Positions 59,456 through 64,000 of a stretch of DNA of 64,000 nucleotides are shown here, one piece after another. The notes below the pieces were generated by a model that had not been told where the DNA came from, did not search any database, and saw only the letters and a program-made list of their open reading frames with translations. Origin of the DNA: Candidatus Aenigmarchaeota archaeon LH_S6. GTDB taxonomy: Archaea; Aenigmatarchaeota; Aenigmatarchaeia; QMZS01. The first letter of the stretch is position 1; each line of letters starts with the position of its first letter. Position numbers and translations under genes: made by a program. The DNA lies in contig JAGXOK010000001.1 in the NCBI GenBank assembly GCA_023659935.1, positions 9,569 to 73,568 on the forward strand. The letters are read 5' to 3'.

Positions 59456-60775
59456 TTATTCAGCTAAAATCCCCCTACCAGCCAAAATACCTGTTGCCGC
59501 AGCATTTATAATATCTCTTGATAAACCACACCCATCTCCTGCTGCATATAAATTCTTAACTGAAGTTTGCATATTTTTATCAATATTCAGCTTTATTGCA
59601 TAAAATTTTACTTCTGGGGCATAAAGCAGGGTTGAATCAGATGCAACTCCCGGAATAATTTTATCCAGGACTTCAAGACCATCTAAAATATCTTTTACAA
59701 TTCTATGAGGCATGGCCATTGAAATATCTCCTGGAGTTACCTCTTCCAGACTATTATTCACAGGATTTCGCTTTATTTTATCCCAGGTTGACCTCCTTCC
59801 TCTCCTCAAATCACCGAACCTCTGTATTAGTGGTTTTCCTCCTCCAATCGTGGTTGCAAGTTTTGCAATTGACCTTCCATATTTTGTTGTGTTCTCAAGT
59901 GGCTCTGTTAGATTAACCCTAACCAAAAATGCAAAGTCTGTATTCTCTGATTTTGTTTTTCTAAGAGAATGCCCATTTACAGTCACAAAACTATCCTGCT
60001 CTTCCTTAACAACAAACCCTCTCTCATTAGTACAAAATGTCCTGACAAAATCATCATAAGTTTTTGTGTAAATATGAAATTTCGGGTCTCTGTTTATTTC
60101 TGTTATAGAATTTGTAAGTATTGCGGGAACTTCTATTCTCACTCCAACATCAATCTTCCCATAAGAAAATTCAATTTTGTGTTTTTCAACCAAATTATTT
60201 ATAAACTCTGCACCAACTCTCCCGGGAGCCAACAAAATTTTTTCTGCTCTTACTTCTTCCCCATTTTTTAGAATCACTCCGTTACAGCAGTTATTTTCAA
60301 TAATCAAACCAGAGACCTCGGAATTCAACAAAAATTCTACACCCCTTTTTTCAAGGTTTGATTTAAAATTTTTTATAACTTCCGGAGAATTATCAGAGCC
60401 AATATGTTTCTGCCTTATTTCAACAAATTTTGCTCCATAAGATAAAGTTACTCTCTTTAGTCTTTCTATCTTTGTAGGATCATAATATTGTAAATCTTTT
60501 GGAGTACCATATTTAATAAAAATTTTATCAACTTGGTTAACTAAATTCCATGATCCTATTCTGTTTGTAAAATCCATAAGATTTCCACCTATTTCCGGAT
60601 TTAAATTTAAGGTTCCGTCAGAGAAAGTCCCTGAGCCTCCAACACCACACAATATATTTGTTCTTTTATCCACATCCTTGCCTTTATCAACAATTATTAC
60701 ATCTTTTTTACCTGCCAATTCATTTGCTGCAAATAGACCAGCCTGTCCTGCTCCTATTATTAAAACATCTTTCAT
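59456..60775 (-). CDS. FAD-dependent oxidoreductase (uncharacterised family)
   Basis: IIGAGQAG, GGSGTFSDG, VRTFCTN, AAGDGCG. Confidence 0.9.
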   Translation of the reverse strand: MKDVLIIGAGQAGLFAANELAGKKDVIIVDKGKDVDKRTNILCGVGGSGTFSDGTLNLNPEIGGNLMDFTNRIGSWNLVNQVDKIFIKYGTPKDLQYYDPTKIERLKRVTLSYGAKFVEIRQKHIGSDNSPEVIKNFKSNLEKRGVEFLLNSEVSGLIIENNCCNGVILKNGEEVRAEKILLAPGRVGAEFINNLVEKHKIEFSYGKIDVGVRIEVPAILTNSITEINRDPKFHIYTKTYDDFVRTFCTNERGFVVKEEQDSFVTVNGHSLRKTKSENTDFAFLVRVNLTEPLENTTKYGRSIAKLATTIGGGKPLIQRFGDLRRGRRSTWDKIKRNPVNNSLEEVTPGDISMAMPHRIVKDILDGLEVLDKIIPGVASDSTLLYAPEVKFYAIKLNIDKNMQTSVKNLYAAGDGCGLSRDIINAAATGILAGRGILAE

Positions 60776-60930
60776 AATATTCTTTTAACTTAAAAACTTT
60801 CTTTCTTACTCTTGAAAACCTATTTTTGTTTGTGGTTTTCTGTAATTTTCTCTGAGTTTGGTTTTTGTCTAATTAAGATTCCCTAAGATACTTTAATTAG
60901 AAAACATTTAAAATTAAAACAAAAAATCTT

Positions 60931-62421
60931 ATGGAATTTGGCACAGTTGTATGCAAAGATGAAACACCCAATACAACTATATTTTATTTTGTTGCAACAA
61001 AGGAGAGTAAAGTGAAGAGGGGTTTATTTGTTCAGACAAAGACGAGGGAAGGGTTGCTTGTTGGAAGAATTGAGGAGATAACAAAGACAAACAGGTACTT
61101 TATGCAGCCTGAGACAATTTCAAATTATGAGACAAACATTAACCTACACTTTCCAACAGACAAATGGGAGTTTCTTTTGTGCAAAGTATACTGTCTCGGA
61201 ATTTTGGATGAAAGAGTAAGAAAAGCCAATTATCCTGTGTCCCCTGGAGAAGCAGTCAAACTTGCAGAGAATAAAAATTTAGAAAAATTGTTTAAATTTG
61301 ATGAGCAGGGATTAAAAATTGGTAATGTGAGTGGTCATGCTCTAGAAGTAAAACTGAATTTAAACAGACTATTTCAGAAACACATTGCTATTCTTTCTTT
61401 GTCTGGGGCAGGGAAAAGTTATGCAACTGCTGTTTTGGTTGAAGAACTGTTAAACAGGACTGATGAGCAGGGTAAAGTTGGTGTTATTATAATTGACCCT
61501 CACGGAGAATATTCAAGTTTTGCTTATGATGAAAATTTTTCACAAAAGGCAAATCTGATTAAAGGCAGGGATATCAGAATTGGAATTCCACACCTTTCCA
61601 GTTATTATTATAGACTTTTTCTTCCGAACTTGAGTTTTGCACAAGAAAGAGATCTGATAAAAATTATTGAAGAACTGAAAAAAACCGAGGATGTTTTTGG
61701 AATCAAAGAGATAATCCAAAAAATTGAGGAGAGTGAGAGGATAAAACAGGCGACAAAAGATGTTTTAATCCAGAATTTTTATTTTCTTAATTCTTTAAGA
61801 CTATTTGGTTACTATGATATCCCTTCTGTAAATACTATAATTCTCCCTGGACAGGCTTCTATTCTGGACATTTCTGAAATAACAAATGATAAGAAAAAGA
61901 AGATGGTTGCTGCCTATTTTCTAAGAGAACTTTTTAACAAAAGAGCAAAAAGAAAAACTCCTCCCTTTATTGCTTTTATTGAAGAGGCACACAATTTCGC
62001 TCCTGAAGGAAGTAGCAAGGAAAATTTCTCAAAAAATATTATAAAAAAGATTGCAAGAGAGGGGAGAAAATTCAATGCTTTACTTTGTTTAATTTCCCAG
62101 AGACCTGTTCATTTATGCACAACAAGTCTATCCCAGTGTAACACTTTTATGTTTTTGAAGATAACAAACCCTTATGATTTGAAACACATTTCAGAGAGTA
62201 GTGAGGGGATAACTAGTGAACTCCAGAGACAGATTACCTCCTTAGATGTTGGCGAGGCTGTTTTAGTTGGCGAGGCAAGCTCGTTTCCTTTGTTTATAAA
62301 AATCAGAGAGAAAAAAGTTATTGATGCAGAAACAAATAAGAGTCTTGAAGATGAGTGTATCGAATATTTGGAGAAAAAGGAAAATAGGAAGAAAGACGCA
62401 AGGGATTTGATGGGCAGATAA
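60931..62421 (+). CDS. HerA-family ATPase (HAS barrel + DUF87)
   Basis: HIAILSLSGAGKS, DPHGEY, EEAHNF, REGRKF, SQRP. Confidence 0.9.
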   Translation: MEFGTVVCKDETPNTTIFYFVATKESKVKRGLFVQTKTREGLLVGRIEEITKTNRYFMQPETISNYETNINLHFPTDKWEFLLCKVYCLGILDERVRKANYPVSPGEAVKLAENKNLEKLFKFDEQGLKIGNVSGHALEVKLNLNRLFQKHIAILSLSGAGKSYATAVLVEELLNRTDEQGKVGVIIIDPHGEYSSFAYDENFSQKANLIKGRDIRIGIPHLSSYYYRLFLPNLSFAQERDLIKIIEELKKTEDVFGIKEIIQKIEESERIKQATKDVLIQNFYFLNSLRLFGYYDIPSVNTIILPGQASILDISEITNDKKKKMVAAYFLRELFNKRAKRKTPPFIAFIEEAHNFAPEGSSKENFSKNIIKKIAREGRKFNALLCLISQRPVHLCTTSLSQCNTFMFLKITNPYDLKHISESSEGITSELQRQITSLDVGEAVLVGEASSFPLFIKIREKKVIDAETNKSLEDECIEYLEKKENRKKDARDLMGR

Positions 62422-62453
62422 ATAGAAGTTTTCATAAAATATCTATTTAAATA

Positions 62454-63422
62454 ATGGGAGTTAACTTATCTTCAATAATACAGTCACAAAAGGTAGATTT
62501 CAATTTTTTGGTTGGGAAGAGTTTGGCAGTTGATAGTTATAATATAATTTATCAGTTTCTTTCAAGTATTAGGCAAGCTGATGGGACTCCTTTGAAAGAT
62601 GGAAAGGACAGAGTAACCTCACATTTATCCGGACTTTTTTACAGGACAATAAATCTAACTTGTAAGGGGATTGATCTGATTTTTGTTTTTGATGGGGAGC
62701 CACCTGATTTTAAAGAACAGGAAATTGAGAGGAGGAAAAAAATAAGAGAGGAGGCGAAAGAGAAATGGGAGATTGCATTGAGTGAAAGGAAAATAAAAGA
62801 AGCACAAAAATATGCGAGAATGAGCTCTACCCTCTCAGATGAGATGATTGAAGAAAGTAAACTTCTGCTAAGTTATCTTGGTTTTCCTGTTGTTCAGGCT
62901 AAAAGTGAGGGAGAAGCCCAGTGTGCAAAAATCTGCAGGGACGGAAAAGCATTTGCAACAGCAAGTCAGGATTTTGATTCCTTACTTTTTGGCTCACCAA
63001 GGATTTTAAGAAATCTCTCGATAAGCAGGGCAGAGTCCTTAGAACTAATAGAATTGGAAAAAATAGGTTTGACTAAAGAAAAGCTAATTTTGATAGGATT
63101 ATTAATTGGGACAGATTACAATCCTGGAATAAAAGGGATTGGGCCAAAAAAAGCTGTAGAATTGGTCAAAAAAACAACTTCTCTAAAGGAAATAGAAACG
63201 GAGGTAAAATGGGATTTTGGAATCTCTTTGGAAACCTTATATAATTTCTTTCTAAACCCTCCAATTTTTGAAAAATATGAGATTAAATCCAGAAAACCAG
63301 AACCAGAGAAAATAAAAAAAATACTGTGTGAAGAGCACAATTTTTCAGAGGAAAGAGTGCAGAAATTCATTGATAGATTAGGGGAAAAAGGAGGGAAACA
63401 GAGTAGTTTGGGTAGTTTTTAG
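62454..63422 (+). CDS. fen: Flap endonuclease 1
   Basis: MGV, YQFLSSIRQ.DG, FDG, EGEAQ, GTDYN.G, PIP-like QSSLGSF. Confidence 0.97.
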   Translation: MGVNLSSIIQSQKVDFNFLVGKSLAVDSYNIIYQFLSSIRQADGTPLKDGKDRVTSHLSGLFYRTINLTCKGIDLIFVFDGEPPDFKEQEIERRKKIREEAKEKWEIALSERKIKEAQKYARMSSTLSDEMIEESKLLLSYLGFPVVQAKSEGEAQCAKICRDGKAFATASQDFDSLLFGSPRILRNLSISRAESLELIELEKIGLTKEKLILIGLLIGTDYNPGIKGIGPKKAVELVKKTTSLKEIETEVKWDFGISLETLYNFFLNPPIFEKYEIKSRKPEPEKIKKILCEEHNFSEERVQKFIDRLGEKGGKQSSLGSF

Positions 63423-63679
63423 TATTTACCTTATATTAACCTTCTGAATAATTTACTGGTCTAATTTTACTAGTTGTAACTTGGATTATAAACTCTCACA
63501 ATAAAAAATGTGAGTTAATATCAAAATATATATTATTTGTAATATATATAGTATTATATTTAATATAATAATTATAATAATTAGTATATACTTTAAACTA
63601 TATATATAGTAGCAACGATTGAAAAATCGCTATAAACTATTCAGTCAGGTTTTATATATATTTATATATATAAATAATT

Positions 63680-64000
63680 ATGGAAAAAGAAAAGGAGAGG
63701 TTTAGTGCATTATCTCTATTTTTAAGAGAGAAGCCTGCAAAGTTGTTGTTGGCATTAGGTACAACTGGAAAGAAAGCAAAATATGTGAGTACACTCTCAA
63801 AGGAGATAAACTGCACATATTCCCATAGTGTAAGACTTTTGGACGAATTCAAGAAATTTGGATTGGTTAAATTTATGAAAGTCAGCAGGGTAAAATATAT
63901 AGAATTAACAGAGGAAGGTAAGGATTTAATGTTGCAGTTGGAAGGGATTATCAGAAAATTGTCAAAACTCAACCCAACAGAGCTTAAAAACAAGGAAAAA
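63680..64000 (+). CDS. Winged-helix transcriptional regulator (runs off window end)
   Basis: LFLREKPAKLL..YVSTLSKEINCTYSH..GLV..IELTEEGK. Confidence 0.8.
   Translation, partial: MEKEKERFSALSLFLREKPAKLLLALGTTGKKAKYVSTLSKEINCTYSHSVRLLDEFKKFGLVKFMKVSRVKYIELTEEGKDLMLQLEGIIRKLSKLNPTELKNKEK

Noticed and set aside
63652-63993. 113-aa minus-strand ORF
   Set aside because: Antisense to the wHTH gene starting at 63680.

Overview
A low-GC (roughly 30% by eye) archaeal chromosome segment. Its gene content fits a reduced DPANN-type genome (inference). It carries housekeeping genes (PolD DP2, RFC-S, FEN1, TFB, Hef, XPD, Cdc48, RtcB, GatD/GatC, r-proteins), surface proteins, class III signal-peptide pilin-like genes, several toxin-antitoxin modules and many pseudogene or IS remnants. 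The non-coding layer is the most notable part. (1) Three tRNA genes carry five long (63-146 nt), hairpin-rich, non-canonical BHB introns. (2) An 11-repeat CRISPR array has cas6 as its only local cas gene and contains one 115-nt structured pseudo-spacer. (3) A second mini-array repeats that pseudo-spacer between two repeats, each with a 50-nt double hairpin inserted in the repeat loop, and a V4R-like/idi gene cassette lies between the two arrays. (4) Related short palindromic modules (GCCTTT...AAAGGC; GTTTTC-nnn-GAAAAC) recur in tRNA introns, CRISPR units and intergenic DNA. (5) Two ORF-less IS200/IS605 mini-elements appear to keep only their ends and an omegaRNA-like region. (6) Two TA cassettes are each flanked by a duplication of the upstream gene's 3' end. 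All calls are from reading the sequence by eye; no searches were run.
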